Assembly (NCBI GenBank): GCA_965285935.1
Contig: OZ260662.1
Location: 88,102,001 to 88,166,000 of the forward strand
DNA from: Ophelia neglecta
Lineage: Eukaryota
DNA: 64,000 nucleotides
Direction of reading: 5' to 3'
Shown here: one piece after another, positions 1 to 64,000 of the stretch
How positions within the stretch are numbered: position 1 is the stretch's first letter
Layout: every line of letters begins with the position of its first letter
Notes under the pieces: model-generated
What the model was told of the DNA's origin: nothing
The model's database searches: none
What the model saw: only the letters and a program-made list of their open reading frames with translations
Made by a program: the position numbers and the translations under genes

Positions 1-476
1 TCTGGTTAGTTATTCGACAAACAAACTGCTTTCGACTGACTTAATCCAAAAATATCATGGATATCTATTCTATACTGATCATATACCGGCAATTGAATAT
101 TCAAGCTTCAATAGTGTGATTGCCAGTGTCAAAATTATTATATCCTGGTATTTTACAGAAGCAGTAAGCTGGGCAAGAATTTGCTAAATTAGTAGGAATA
201 GAATTATTTTAATGTCCTTCTAAACGACAAGGACTAATACTACTATAAGGAATTTGTAAATGTCAAGGAAAAACATTAATTATTTTCATTGCCGATAACT
301 ATTTCGGTTCATATAATACAGTAGGTGTTTTAAAGTTGGGGTGGTGTAAATTTTTGCGACCAAAACTTTTGCGTATTCATATAAGGCGAAATTCGAAAAC
401 TTTTTTTGATAGCAAACAGTCCTGGTATACGGTAGATATCCTTACATACCATTTATTCGATCCCCTCCGTGTTTAG

Positions 477-64000
<63,524 letters not shown>

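Noticed and set aside
317-434. Possible DNA-transposon remnant with TACAGTA...TACGGTA ends
   Set aside because: The inverted match is only about 7 bp and cannot be supported without a repeat library.

Overview
Eukaryotic genomic DNA with AT-rich GT-AG introns, probably from an invertebrate animal (the taxon cannot be fixed from sequence alone). The whole window is the interior of one very large + strand gene for a gel-forming-mucin/VWF/SCO-spondin/hemolectin-like protein. Neither start nor stop codon is in the window. By hand I traced 85 phase-consistent exons from 477 to 37266 (12,929 nt, about 4,310 aa). They encode EMI, 5 EGF, D1-D2-D'-D3 (VWD-C8-TIL-E assemblies), LDLa/TIL/VWC modules, 8 divergent F5/8 type C (discoidin)-like domains and Thr-rich (PTS) linkers. 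From 39178 to the window end there is a near-identical tandem array with a ~2011-bp unit. Each unit is one symmetric phase 1-1 exon of 1683 nt (561 aa: PTS-discoidinA-PTS-discoidinB-PTS) plus a ~328-nt intron. There are 12 complete copies and 1 truncated copy, preceded by a frameshifted edge copy. If all exons are spliced in, the window alone codes about 11,270 aa. Other points: apparent fossil trefoil-domain pseudo-exons in an intron, a 13-aa motif (SGVNTLTPTTRTF) conserved at protein level inside otherwise divergent PTS tracts, altered cysteine patterns in D1 and D3, MITEs, and a GC-rich palindrome-rich 450-bp intronic insertion. All domain calls come from motif recognition, not database searches.
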